DNA of 62,344 bases, counting the filler. It is 9 parts of 9 records of this genome, joined end to end, with 100 filler letters (N's around TTAATTAATTAA, not from the genome) between each part and the next. Parts side by side here need not be neighbours in the genome. Positions count along the whole stretch, not along the records: positions 1 to 19,002 come from SRR7504441_1244; 8 more parts are not named here. One strand, 5' to 3'. The position numbers and the translations under genes are program-made. Shown one piece after another: positions 1-12,134 of this stretch; positions within the stretch are counted from its first letter, which is position 1; every line of letters begins with the position of its first letter. Under the pieces are notes generated by a model that saw only the letters and a program-made list of their open reading frames with translations, searched no databases and had not been told where the DNA came from.

Positions 1-2248
1 AGCAAAGGGCAAGCAGGAGGAGCTTGAGTCTGCGTTTGCAGCTCTTGAAAATGCCAAGGCAGAGGCTGATCTTATGTCAAAACAACTGCGCGAGGACCTG
101 GATGGTGCTCGTGAAGAACTGGAGCACACGCAAGGGAGCGATGATCTGGTCGAGCAGTTGAAGACGCGTTTGAGAGAGAAGCAAGCTCAGGCCAAAGAAA
201 AACTGCAAGCAGCATCGGTAACGATCAAAGAGCTTCGCGCAACTGAGGAGCAACAGCGCCAAAAGTTGGATGAGGTCAGCGCTGACCTCGACAAGGCGAG
301 TGGGGCGCAACAAGAGGCGGAGACAGCGTGTGCAATGACCATGGATCGCTGGGGCACAACAATATTCGATCTTGTCGACTGTGATGGCTCAGGTGCAATT
401 GACAAGCAGGTGCCTGATTGTTTGCCGGATGTCTGACTGTCTCATGATTGGTTTTGCAGGAGCTTGTTAGCATCTCATGCACTGGGGATTCAAGTGGCTT
501 GTTTGAAAAGATCGACCTTGATAGCAATGGGAAGGTCACCGTGGTAGAGTGGAGTGCGTTCTTAACCAAAATTACGGACCAACTTGGCCATGCGAAAGTC
601 GTTGACACTCTAGAGTACTTATCCAAGCAAATACAGAAAGAACACACGAGCAACATCGGGGCAGAGAGCGACCAGAAAGCGCCAGGCGCCTCCGCATCGG
701 AGCAAGTTGTGCAAGTGGAAGCGGAAGTTGCTAGGCTCACTGCTGAGTTGAGCACCGTTCGCAGTGAGCACGCGCAGGAGGTCGCACAGCTGGAAGCTGC
801 GGCGGCATCATCCTCTGGAGCAAGCAATGGCAATGAAGCACATGTGAAGAAGCTCAAAGCCTTGCTAATGAGAGCAAACAAACACATTGAAGCAAACAAA
901 GAACAAGTGAGCCAGCTTAGAAAGGAGGCAGAGCAGAATAAAGCCACAATAGCGACGCTCGGTGCGCAGTCGCAGCAGGCATCTGCTCGTGGCTTGAAGG
1001 TGACTCGTGGCAATTGTGCCTTGGCTAACCTGTGGTTTGTAGGCTTTGGGCATCAACCCTGCTGCATGCATTGTGCACTCGCGTGTACAAGTTGGCCAGG
1101 AGCTCTGGTGCTTTGTGTTGCCACACGCCAAGAGTAATCCGGAAGACGGCGACTGGATGCGTGAGGCGGATTTTGGGACATCGGGTGGCAATCTGGAGAA
1201 TCTACCACAAACCATCACTGAAGTTGCAGATGACGAAAAGCACTCAGCAGTTGCCAAGGAACTCCAGCCCTTGCAGCGCCAAGTGACTGAGCTTGAAGCC
1301 TCCCTTGCGGCTTGCCAAAGGGATCTCGAGACCGAGACCGAGGAATTCAAACTCTACAAGCAGCGAGCCCATGCAGTGCTGAAAAAGAAGAACGATCAAA
1401 TCGCCGAAATGACAAGCGATGACGGGATCGACACAGTGACGAACAAATTGGGTAGTTCGCAGGCACAAGTGGAAACCCTCAAAAGCAATGTGGCGGAATT
1501 GAATGACAGTCTCGCTGAGGTCTCCGAGGAGAGGGACACGCTGAAGTCACAATTTGAGGGTACGAAATCTGAGCTTGAACGCGAGGTCGAACAGTTGAAG
1601 AGCACATGTTCAACGCTGGAAGACAAATGCGAGTCCCTGATGCAAAAGGAAAAGACGATGCTGAAAGAGCTCGAGGCAGCCATTGCCAGGGAGGAAGAAC
1701 GCGGTGCTGAGAAATGCGAAGCGTTGCGAAAGGAGCTCAAGGAGTATCGCGCGAAGGCGAAGAAAATGATGCAAGAACGCGACCAAGAGCTAGAAAAGAT
1801 GCGCGAGAGGCTAAAGAATGTCGGGGCAGTCCCTGAAGAACCAGAAGAGGTGCAGCCGTCGCCGTCACAGCCACCTCCGACACCCGAAAAAGTGGTTCAG
1901 GACGAGACGTCGGATTTGCTTCGTGCTGCTCGCATTCAAGCACAGCGGGACGAGGAGCTGTCGAAGATTCAGGTAAAGATGAACGAATATGAATCGAAAC
2001 TCAGTAGCGCGAATCAAACAAAGATGCTGCTAACCGAGCAGTGTGCTGCCCTGAAAGAAGAGATCAGAGCCATCAACCGAAACAAGACACGGGATAGTGC
2101 GCCGATGGAATATCTCAAAAACATCGTCAAAGAATACATCAAGACCGGAAATCACGCCGACTTGATGCCCGTTTTAACCATGCTCTTGCAGTATACGCCT
2201 ACAGAAGTAGAGGAAATGGAGACTGCCCGAAGTGCAAGGTGGTTCTAG
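1..2248 (+). CDS. GRIP-domain golgin-like coiled-coil protein with an internal EF-hand pair (5' partial, introns 410-459 and 1000-1042)
   Basis: Three ORFs join through GT-AG introns of 50 and 43 nt, the second with a CTAAC branch point. The C-terminus MEYLKNIVKEYI..LMPVLTMLLQYTPTE..RWF matches a GRIP domain. Splicing completes the EF loop DCDGSGAIDKQE, and a second loop reads DLDSNGKVTVVE. Confidence 0.85.
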
Positions 2249-2625
2249 TAGCATGCTAGCGCAACTTGCCTCATTAAATGAGTGTTTCGCTTCAGTTCAA
2301 TATCTAGTTCAATATCAGTTCAACGATTTACACGTATACGAATTTTCTAAAGGAGCGCTTCGCGCATGAGAAAATTAACCTCTGGTTTTGATTTCAGCTG
2401 ATACATGTACGGGTCCTGACTGTGCATTTAACCTAACCTTACCTAACTATAACTAGTACAAACCTACTCGTACATGCATTATTAATGCATTATACAAGTC
2501 TATTGTGCGCATTCTATTGCTTGATCAATCGACGTCAATCGAGTATCGAGCACTGCGTATTGCATGCATGCATGCATCACCTATTCCAAGCTATGTCTTG
2601 CGTTCAGTAGCGTTTGACCCGGAGC

Positions 2626-5581
2626 CTAAAATGGGTCATCCTTTTCGTCCCTGTCTTCAAACAGCGCTGTGTCGCCAACTTGAGAAGAGTCCATTTCAAT
2701 CGTCGTGTACTTGACGCTCGAAGTAGAATGCTGAAAAGAAATGTGTCAGCCAAGGGTCGAGATGGCAAACTGAGCCACGGGCAAGCGCGGTAAAGGCACC
2801 TTCAGACAGACGCATACTAGCACTATAAGAAACAAAGATCCGAGAACAGCTGCGCTCAACGAGCCAAACAACATCATCTGGTGACCCTCGTCTGATGACT
2901 CCGCTGGGATCAATCTGATGAGCTGAGTTGACTGGCTGGGAGGTCCCCATCCTGCAACATTCCGCGCACTAACCTGTCCCCACCCTGCTAACCAGTGCGG
3001 CATGTTATCACAGGACCTCGAATGAGTATCTTTCATCCGGAGTGAGCCACTCCCACCCGAGCACAACCTGATCTTGATCGCCGCCCACCAGTTCAAATGG
3101 CTGGCCAGCAGACTTGTTGCTTGGCTTCGACACTAGAGCAAGTCCTTGCTCGTCAAAAACTGCGACTCGATACTGGATCACTGGCAGCCCTCCCATATCC
3201 GCAGGAGCGGCCCATCCCAGAGTGAGCAACCCATTGCTCTGAGACAGCTCGAACGGGTGCCCAGGACTGTCTGGCACTGTCACTCCCGGCACCGCTTCCA
3301 CGGGCGTGCTGCGTGGCCCTGGCTCAGAAGTGGCAGGATCTATCAAGCTGACTGCAAACAAGTAGCGCTGCCTGGCCTGGAGACCAAAACCAGGAACTAC
3401 ATCGAGCTGCGGCTTGGTCAACCTGCAGGCGGCTCACAGACAGCGCAGGCGGCGATGCACCTCGAGGCTCCCGGTACAACCCTCCAAGATTGATCCCAGC
3501 GAGCCTTTGAGCCCAGTCCAGGCAGCTGTTCCCAATCTCTCTCTGGCGGGGCCTCTACGTACTCCACCCTGTACAGCTCGCCGTCAGCTGCGTGGCTGTT
3601 CCAGGTGAGAGAGAGCGCCACTGGGTTGTAAATCGCCACCAGCCCAGTCGGCCGTGTGTTCGTGCGCGGAGTTTGCGGCCGACCCGCCAGTGCGGCCAAG
3701 GGCACTTGCACAGCTGAGGAGGCCGGAGAGAGCTCCGACATGATCGATGCTTGCTGGTGCAACGCGCCCGCCTCACTGCTGCGGGCGGTGGCGACATGGA
3801 ATTCATACGCCTTTCCGGGCTGGAAGAAGGCCATTGGCAGTTGAAAGCTCGTGCTTGAAGGGGGCAGCAGCCCAGAGCAAGTATGAGCTGGCTCGTCGAC
3901 CTGAGAGCCACCAGCTGAAACAGCGGCCACACGCCGGGCACCTGATGGCAGTAGACCAAGAATCCAGAGACCCCTTGCGCAGAGGACCACCAGGACTCGT
4001 TCGAGACTGCGGTGAGCCAGTTGACTAGGATATTAGGCGATGCTGGATCGAGCTTCACGCTAGGCGCTCGCACCAGAGGCTCTGGCAAGGCGCTTGGAGG
4101 CCTCTGAGGCAGCTCTGCGGTCCCGGCCGTCTCCGGAACAAGGATCGCTGCTGAATGGGCAGACAGAGGCCCATGCAGTGACGCATTTGCTGCGCCGACG
4201 ATAGCAGCCACTCGGAAGATGTAGGTTTGTCTTGGCACGAGCCGATTTGCTGGCACCTGAATCGAAGGACGGTCATGCCAGATCGGAGGCCTAGCCACCA
4301 CTAGCTCCTGCGTCGTCGCCGGCACATCGTGCGAGATCAGCTGCCGGAAGCCGGTGCCCTCGCGCTGGCAGTAGACCGCATACCGGAGGCGCACCTAGCA
4401 CTATGTCCAGCCATAGCCAGAGCGCAGCCAACACCTGCTGCGGATCGTCTGCGGTGCTGATCGGCATCCAGCGCACGCGGACCTGCCCGAGGTGCGGACC
4501 GGAACGGAGCACCAACGCTGAGACTCCGTGCTGTGCACCGGGGAGTGTGAGCGCATGGCTCGAGGCGGGGTTACCACACGAGAAGGCGGGTTCACAGGCC
4601 CAAGCCAGCTGGCCGTCCTGTTGTGGCTTGTGGGCAAAGGGATGTGTACAGGTTTCGACGGCAGCGACGGCGGGCCGTGCGTGTTGACGTTGATGGCAGC
4701 GGCCTGGAAAATGTACTCGGCAGCGTGGCCTGAATCGCTCTGAGGGAGGAGGTGGATAGGAATCGTGGTGTTCTGCCAGGATACACCAGGCTGGACTAGG
4801 ATACGTCCGGTGACCGCCTTCCGGTCGGCCGACTGGTCGACCGGCGCCGCCAGCACTAGGTAGCTCGTGGCGTTGTACAGTGGCAGCGACTTCCACTTGA
4901 CGAGGATGCTTCGGTGACTCCTCCGGCGCCACAGATACGCCGTGCAGTTGGTTACGCGGGCAGGCACTGCAAACACCTTGTCGCCGGACGGGCCCTTGGC
5001 CTGAATCCCGCCCCCAACCACCACCGGTCGATCTGTCCACCTGCCGACGTGCCCTCGGCCGATCGGCAGCCAAGCCTCCATACCGGGACCACGGGCCTGC
5101 CAGCTTCTCTTCAAAGCACACAGACCGGCCCCTAAACGTCCAGATCCCGGCCGGCACGCTCGTCCCGTGCCGCTTGTCGCCGTCCAGGCTGACGCGCATC
5201 CTCTCCCGCCCGTCTGCGCTCGCCGGGTGGCTGAACCGGATCGCCTGCTTGTACCCCGTCCCGAGCTTGTGCCCCGGGTTCAGCCTGGCATCCAGCCTGC
5301 GGCCCAGTGAGCCCCCACCCGGCAGCACTGGCGCACCGCCAGCGGCTCGCCTCTACCTCCACCTTGGCGGTGGCGCACACCTCCCCGGCGCGCTCCTTGG
5401 CGGTGTCGCTCGTCCAGCTTACCAGAGCGTAACGCTGCCCCGTCCGCAGCGCCACGCGGGGCGGGGGCAGCCGGGCCGGGAGCAGGACCGGTGGGGTAGT
5501 CTGGTTGCTCGCCGGGCCCTGGGCCAGGCTGCCCGTCCCCAGGGCCGCCGCCAGCACCACCCAGCAGTCGGCTCTCCACAT
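2626..5581 (-). CDS. Type I membrane protein with several fibronectin type III-like repeats (multi-exon)
   Basis: Signal peptide MWRADCWVVLAAALG. FN3 motifs include LGWAAPADMGGLPVIQYRV, LVPRQTYIFRVAA and YSFE|VSARNVAGWGPPS. TM helix MLFGSLSAAVLGSLFLIVLVCVC. The spliced tail ends ...YTTI...DDPF*. Not all internal introns were resolved. Confidence 0.75.
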
Positions 5582-5657
5582 CCTCTCACTGACTCATCGG
5601 ATGATGCTGAACAAGAAAATAAAAAGCTTCAGGAATCCTCTCACACATCTGGGCGAG

Positions 5658-6349
5658 ATGGTGCCCCGTGCAGCGCAGGCCGGCCGGGCGCTCGGTGGGA
5701 CGGCCGGGCGGGCGGGACTGAGCGGGCGGGCAGGCCTCTTGTTGCTCGCGCTGATCGGTGTGGCCGGGCTCTCGCAGACGGGTCCGGAGGCGCACGAGCT
5801 GTCCGCGCAGCCGGTAGGGGCCCCGTCCAGGGCTCGCGAGTCTGGGGCCAGGCCGAATGGTCCAAGAGCCAGCTGGCGGAGGCGGCCAGCCCGGTGATCC
5901 AGGCCGAGGAGCAGGCGATCGCCCAGGCGAGCAAAGCGGCCGACCTTGAGCTCCAACAGCGCAAGGCCCGCCAGGATCACGCCGCCAGCAGCCAGAAAGC
6001 CCGCGCCCGGGCAGAGGCAGCGGCGGCCGAGGAAAAGTCGGCGGAGCTGGCCAGGGCCAAGCTGGAGAAGGCCAAGATCCAAAAGCAGGCCCGTAAGGAG
6101 GCGCTGAGGCACTTTGAGGCAGACAGCCAGGGGGAGGCGATCAGACACGCCGAGATGGAGGCAGTCTTGGAAGCCAAGCGGACCGCACTAGAGTCGAGCG
6201 AATTGGGCCAAGGCGCTCAGGACGCACCGACCGAAGGCCCGACTGACGCACCGACCAGCAGCCCGACGGACGCGCCGACAGAGGCCAAGTCTAGAGATAG
6301 CACAGTCGGGGCCCCGTGGCTTGACGTCCGTGGCACCAAGCCGATCTAG
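5658..6349 (+). CDS. Secreted or surface coiled-coil protein with PT(D/E)A mucin-like repeats
   Basis: Hydrophobic leader GLLLLALIGVAGL, a probable short intron starting near 5814, an Ala/Glu/Lys-rich coil, then APTEGPTDAPTSSPTDAPTEA. Confidence 0.55.
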
Positions 6350-6386
6350 TTTATATATACACCGATCATTACAATGCTTACATGCG

Positions 6387-7373
6387 TTACGCCGGTTTTA
6401 TTTGTATCATCACGGCTCCGCCTAGGGCAATGACCACGCCAAGAGCAAACAACAGCACGGCTTTGGCGCCTGTCAGCTCTTGGAACAGCACGATGCCCCA
6501 AACCCCGGCCACCGCCATATTGAGCTGGCCCACGCAGCTGCCCACGAGTCCAATGTATTGAATCGCCACCGTATTGCACGCGGCGGCCACAAACAGCAGC
6601 CCGCCTCCTGCTAGGCCTGCTAGCACCACTGCACCCAGCTCTGCCGGCTCAGCCGCTGCAGCCCATCGCAGGCACGGCCCGGCTGTCACTAGCATTATCA
6701 CCCCGAACTGCCCGAGCGAGCCGCTCATTGCGTACTGCCACGCGGAGCCCGCCGCAGGCCATTTGAAAGGGAGGCCTTGCAGTCCGATCAGCGCCCCCGA
6801 GCCCAAAGCCAGCAGCACTCCAGCCATCCGGCCTTCCAGCCAACCCTCGGGCTGCTTGCCCTCCGCCGGCCCGTCCACAGCCTCCGGGTCCGGCTCGGTC
6901 AACGGCTCGGCGTCGGGCCCACCGACCGGGGGCGGGGTCAGCACCCGGGGCACCGCCAGCGCGAGCAGCCCTGCGGCCAGCACGGCCACCCCGCTGATCT
7001 GAACCCACCATACCGACTCGCCGGTGAGCACCCCGGCCACGAACGCCACGAGAAGGTTCACGCACGACTGGAGGGCCTGGGACGAGGCAAGCCCGAGCCG
7101 GCCGCTCACCCCGATGATCATCATCAGCTTTCCGACGCCCCAGAGTGCCCCGGCCACCACCCCGGGCCCACTCAGCCGACAAGGCGCGCCGATGGCCGCG
7201 AGCAGCCCCAGGCAGACCAGTCCGGCGAGCTGGTAGCCGAGCGCGTAGCCGGCGGCCTTGACCAGCGCCGGGGCCGCCCGCAGCCGAGGCCCGAGCTTGA
7301 CGAATACCAGTGCTGAGCCCCACGAGAAAGCCGCCCCGGAGGCGAATGCATAGCCCACCCACCGGTGCGCCAT
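6387..7373 (-). CDS. DMT-superfamily transporter, TMEM144/sugar-transport-like
   Basis: 328-aa ORF with about 10 TM helices in two halves. Motifs AGALWGVG, LGLASSQ and QLNMAVAGVWGIVLFQE. Confidence 0.75.
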   Translation of the reverse strand: MAHRWVGYAFASGAAFSWGSALVFVKLGPRLRAAPALVKAAGYALGYQLAGLVCLGLLAAIGAPCRLSGPGVVAGALWGVGKLMMIIGVSGRLGLASSQALQSCVNLLVAFVAGVLTGESVWWVQISGVAVLAAGLLALAVPRVLTPPPVGGPDAEPLTEPDPEAVDGPAEGKQPEGWLEGRMAGVLLALGSGALIGLQGLPFKWPAAGSAWQYAMSGSLGQFGVIMLVTAGPCLRWAAAAEPAELGAVVLAGLAGGGLLFVAAACNTVAIQYIGLVGSCVGQLNMAVAGVWGIVLFQELTGAKAVLLFALGVVIALGGAVMIQIKPA

Positions 7374-7883
7374 TTCGTTTGTTGGCGTCTCGCGCCTCTT
7401 CCGGCGCTCTCCACGCGGTTCTTGACCCGCGACTTTCTCGACGTTTAATTTAACTATTGTTACACTACTGTACTGTACGGGTGATTGTAGTGGTATAGTA
7501 CCCTCGGGAAACTCACGAGTTCGAGTACTCTTCGACTCCGCCCCTGATCTACTTTCGGGTGCCCTCGTAAGAGGGGTCGCCGCGCGTAGTCGCCGCGCAA
7601 TCCGGTCACTACCTCCGCTTGCTGCGCCTCGGCGCCCTCGCCGTTCGATGCGGCATCGCCCAGCTGCTGCTCCAGGTGGAGGCTACGCTGCTGCCGGAGG
7701 CTTGCCCTCTACAGACGGGCCGTCGAGCCCAATGGCGTCTGACCGAAACTTGGATTGTTCCCCATCGATATCGGGGCCAGGTCAGCTGTTAGCCTTCCTT
7801 CCGTTACTCGCTCCGGAGCAAACACCACAAACGAGGCCGGGCATACTTGGTGACAGCGCAGCTCGGCCGAGAGCCGGCGCACG

Positions 7884-10508
7884 ATGGGGATCTGCGCGTC
7901 GGGGTGCGTGTTCATCCCGCCGTTCAAGCGGAGCAAGTGCTGGGGCTGCTCGTGCGTCTGCTGCCCGTGCCAGTGCTGCCGCAACTGCTGCCTGTACAAG
8001 AGCATAGAGGCTATGGAACACGAGCAACAGGAAAGGCTTCGGATCGCCCGGAGCAACCCGTGGCACGGCTGGACTACTCCCGAGAAGTACTACAGCCGCT
8101 TCCAGGAGACTTCGGTCCGCCTCGCCGCCGCCCGGCTCACCGCTCGGCAGGCCACAGTCCATACTCGCAAGCTGACCACCGCCGGGGGCCTGGAGATTGA
8201 CACGGTGCTAATCGCGCCGCCGCGGACCACGAGCAACCTCCCGTACCGGCTCGGCCGGTTCACGGTGGTCTACAGCCACGGCAACGCCGGCTCGATGATC
8301 GGGGTGATTCCCAAGCTGATACGGCTCAGCAGGGAGACCGGCTCGGCCGTGTACAGCTTTGAGTATCCGGGTGCGGCCTCCGGGGAGGGGCGGGGGACGT
8401 GCTGAAGCTGGGCAGGTTACTCGCGCTCGCAGGACCAAGCGTGTCAGGCAACGGTGGAGGAGGCGGCGGACGCCGCGCTTGATCAGCTAGCGCAAGTATG
8501 CCAAGAGTCCGAGCTCCTACTGAGCTCGTTCTCTCTCGGGAGCTACTTGGTGCTCTACATGGCCGCCCGGATGGCCGAGCGCGGCATGCCGCTCGCCGGG
8601 GCAATGATGGAGTCGCCGTTGCTCTCGATCGGCAGGATCTGTGCTGAATCTGCCTGCGGGTGTGCCCCCAGAGGCCGGGCCGACAGGGTGCAGGTGCATC
8701 CCGGGGCTCCGCCGAGTCGCCCACTGCGGGTGCACGCTGCTGGACAACGGTCCCAACGCCGAGCGGGTGCGCAAGGACGTACCAGTGCTGGTGCTGCACG
8801 GTGCTGTGGCCTTCTGCACAGTGGGCCTATGGAGGGCCAGGCGAGCTCGATCAGATCACGCCGTTGGACCAGACGGATGAGCTAGTCGAGCTGCTCGAAC
8901 AGTCGAGCGGGCGGGTGCTTAATGCTGCGATCCCAGCAGCGGAGCATGACAACATAGAGATTGTGATGGGCAACTGGTACTACTGGCAGCTGTTCAGGCT
9001 GTTCATTGCGGCTGTGGCGCGCGGCGCCGTCCAAGAGGAAGAGCGCTGGACTGGAGTGGAGGCCGACACGGCCATGCTGCTGCAGGGCGCCCGCAAGTAC
9101 AGGATGGTGCACTGTGTACCGAGCTGGCCGAGCTGTGGGTAGGTGCATCTAGCCAAGCAAGGCGAGGCAGCCAAGCTAATCGAGCAGGCCAAGCTGTACC
9201 AGCACATGTCGGGCGACTTCGTGGACGGGCCGTACACGCTGCTCGTCGGTGCCGCCCCCCTGGGGTGTGCGTTTGAGCTCTGGGCAGCTGCGATGACTTC
9301 CGAGAACGTTGACACCATCAATGCTGTGATCAAGCTTGGTGCGTCTACCGACCTCGAGCACAACGGCAGCCGCCTCCCATGGAAGGCGTGACCCAGCGGG
9401 CAGGCGCCACCCCGTTGTTTGAAGCGGCGGCTCTGCAGTGGAGCAATACCTGCTTGGGCTCTGATGTTGTAGAGTGTCTGATCACCAACAATGCCGCTGT
9501 GGGCATGGTATGCTCCCGACACCCACACAGCCCGCTGGCGGCGGCCTGCCGGACTGGGAGCCTGGCGGTGGCGGCGCAGCTAGTCAAGTCACAGGCAGAC
9601 CCTAACTTGGAATGCCACGGAACCACACCTCTAGTCGAAGCGATCCGTGAGCACAGGCCTCTCTGGAACGGACTGAGTTGTGTGGCGCAGGCCGAGGATC
9701 TGTCCCGTTTGTGACCTTCTTGCTGCAGCACGGGTGGGCCCCATCTGGGCTGTGCCGCTCACTACAGTGCAGCGCCTTCGCTGCCCAACCTCTGAGTACA
9801 GGACTGGACTGTCTGCACCTGGCCAGAATATCTGGTGCGCCCATCGCAAGCTGCCACTCACTCGCCGTGCCAGGGCATCACGAAATCGTCCAGGTACTGC
9901 TCGATGCCCGTGGGGAGGGCAATCAGACCCAGGCATCTTACACGGCCGCCCGCGCGCCAATGGGTGTACAGGGCGAAGTGGCCGGCAATGGGCAGCTGGC
10001 CAGTCGCGGGGTGGAACGCAGCAGCAGTCACAGGTGGGCAGCTGTGCTGGCCCGATCGTCGTCGCACGCTGCAAGCGATTGGGCGAATCTTGACGCTGGT
10101 TCGAATTATGACCCAATCGTGCTCCGCCAACCTGCGGAAGATGTGGCCCAGGCCAGCGTACCACGGCAGCTCCTGCGGGCTTCAAATGCGATCCGCGGGG
10201 GCTCGTCGACCAATCCTCTGAATGAGCCAGTGCAGACAGCGTCCATCAACCAGAGCTTTGCTCATGGTCAAGCTGTGACAGGTGTATTGGCAGCTCCGAG
10301 CTCGATAAATGAGGTGGAGAAATCAAATACACCAACCTCATACAGAGAATCCCACGGGGTCCTGAAACCAAATCAACCGCATGGTCCAGCCATCAGCCAA
10401 GTTGGCGTGCAGGCTGAGGCTGCGGCTGCGCCTCAAGTAGCGCCGCCGTCATCATTGGTTGAACTCGAGACACTGGGTTCTCCTCCGTCATCAGAAGACC
10501 AGATCTAA
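7884..10508 (+). CDS. ABHD17-like alpha/beta hydrolase with Cys-rich N-terminus, apparently spliced to C-terminal ankyrin repeats
   Basis: Motifs YSHGNAG, FEYPG|YS, SFSLGS, ESPLLS, VLVLHG|ELD and HDNIE. Introns 8371-8415, 8660-8693, 8801-8840, 9107-9142, 9366-9403 (GC-AG) and further ones. Ankyrin motifs GATPLFEAA, SPLAAAC and GTTPLVEAI. Confidence 0.75.
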
Positions 10509-10899
10509 AGAATGAGATGGAATTGGCTCATCAGAGGAGCAGCGACGACCTGGCTAACACAGCGGTCCACTTGTGGCTGCTGCTGCGTTCCACCTTGCAA
10601 CTGGCTTGCATACAATTCATGTACTTCAATTGCACAAACGTCACTTGAGAAATCCGTGTAGGGGGCTTGCTCACATGCTCATGGTTCGCTAACGGTTCGC
10701 GATACCGCCAAGTAACGTTCAAATAAAGCAAATGAATTAATGTTACAATCATCATGAATCATGTGCACATTGTATACAAAACGATATCGAGGGCCGTTTA
10801 CAAAATCATAGTACACTGTATACAATCATGTACTCCTAATCTTGATTTAATTGTGTTGGGTACCCTAGGGCACCCACCCTGTTTAATCAAAAGATCTTG

Positions 10900-12033
10900 T
10901 CATAACAACGACCGCGCCTCAGGCTCGACTCGGCACGCGCTATCTTCCCCGGCAATAGCACCCGTTTCTAGACCAGCACTGAGCTCCACGCCATCGGCTG
11001 TACCATCGGCTGTCTCCTCATCGCACGCTTTAATCTCCGATGCACCAGGGCTCGCTCGGGCCTGGAGTTCGGCTGGCTCTTGGCACTGCTTTGTCAGCAG
11101 CCCTGGCGGGAAGGCGTACCTGACCAGACACGAGGCCGCCAGCATCTCTATACAGGTGAGCAGCGCGTTCAGCTCAATTGGGTCCAGCGACTGACTTGTG
11201 GGCTGATCTGGCATGACGAGTAGCACCAGCCGCTGCTGCATCATCGTGACTGCAATCGGCACCTTCACCAGCGCGAACATGGCCGTCGGGTGGCAGTGCT
11301 GGAGCAGTTCGTGCGTCAGTTTATAGTATACAAACAAGCCCCACAGGCAGCACAGCATCGACAGCTGCTCGAGCACCTCCAATGCCAGCAGAGCCGCCTC
11401 GGTCCGGCCGGCTATCTGCTGGTCATCGCTACGGTCATCGCACTCCCTGGCCAGGCTGTTGAGCTGCAGCCACAGCATTAGGAACCCCGTCAGCGGGACT
11501 ACAAGCTTGTACTGTCGCACACACCGGCCGACCCACTTGCCGACAGTTGGAGTGAACACCGAGGGCTGGCACAGCGCGCAACGCACACACGGGAAGCAAC
11601 GGAAGACGCAGCACACCGGCGGGACTGCGAGGAACCTGGAGGCCGGCAGCCCCTGCAACAGCTGCTGCCCAGCCGCCTCCCCGCCCAGCAAGTCGCCCAG
11701 CAAGCGCCAGAAGGCCTCCAGAGCCAAAGCCTCGGCCACCCGGCAGCTGAGCTCCATCAAGTATCGGGCGCGCGGGGCCAGCAGGGTGCCCAGGGACGTC
11801 AGCCCGAAGATCGGGATCAGCCAGACGATCTGGAACACCAGCCGCCGCCGCCGTTTTCCCACTGAGTCAACCAGGGGGGCGGAGGCGGCCCGGAGCAGTT
11901 GCCGGCGGTGAAGCAGCACCTGGAGCACTGCGAGCCCAGCGCATAGCCCGGCTAGCCCGATGGCCAGCACCCGCGCGGCCGGCGGTGCGTCAAAGTTCTC
12001 CGCGAAAGTGCGGCCCTCGGGCAGGGGTCGCAT
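10900..12033 (-). CDS. Organic solute transporter alpha / TMEM184 family protein
   Basis: Multi-TM ORF with IVWLIPIFGLTS, AEALALEAFWRLL..LLGGE, LWGLFVYY, FALVKV and LTCIEMLAAS..RYAF. Confidence 0.8.
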   Translation of the reverse strand: MRPLPEGRTFAENFDAPPAARVLAIGLAGLCAGLAVLQVLLHRRQLLRAASAPLVDSVGKRRRRLVFQIVWLIPIFGLTSLGTLLAPRARYLMELSCRVAEALALEAFWRLLGDLLGGEAAGQQLLQGLPASRFLAVPPVCCVFRCFPCVRCALCQPSVFTPTVGKWVGRCVRQYKLVVPLTGFLMLWLQLNSLARECDDRSDDQQIAGRTEAALLALEVLEQLSMLCCLWGLFVYYKLTHELLQHCHPTAMFALVKVPIAVTMMQQRLVLLVMPDQPTSQSLDPIELNALLTCIEMLAASCLVRYAFPPGLLTKQCQEPAELQARASPGASEIKACDEETADGTADGVELSAGLETGAIAGEDSACRVEPEARSLL

Positions 12034-12134
12034 TTTGACAATCTGATTAACGGCAGTTTCGCGTGGCCGCGTCGGCCCTTGGACCGCGGGACGAGCGCTC
12101 GATCGTCGGCCGCCAGTCGGCGCGCTCGGCCAGC

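Noticed and set aside
7478-7545. tRNA-like sequence (TAGTGGTA and GTTCGAG boxes)
   Set aside because: No acceptor stem or anticodon arm could be folded, and the spacing is too short.
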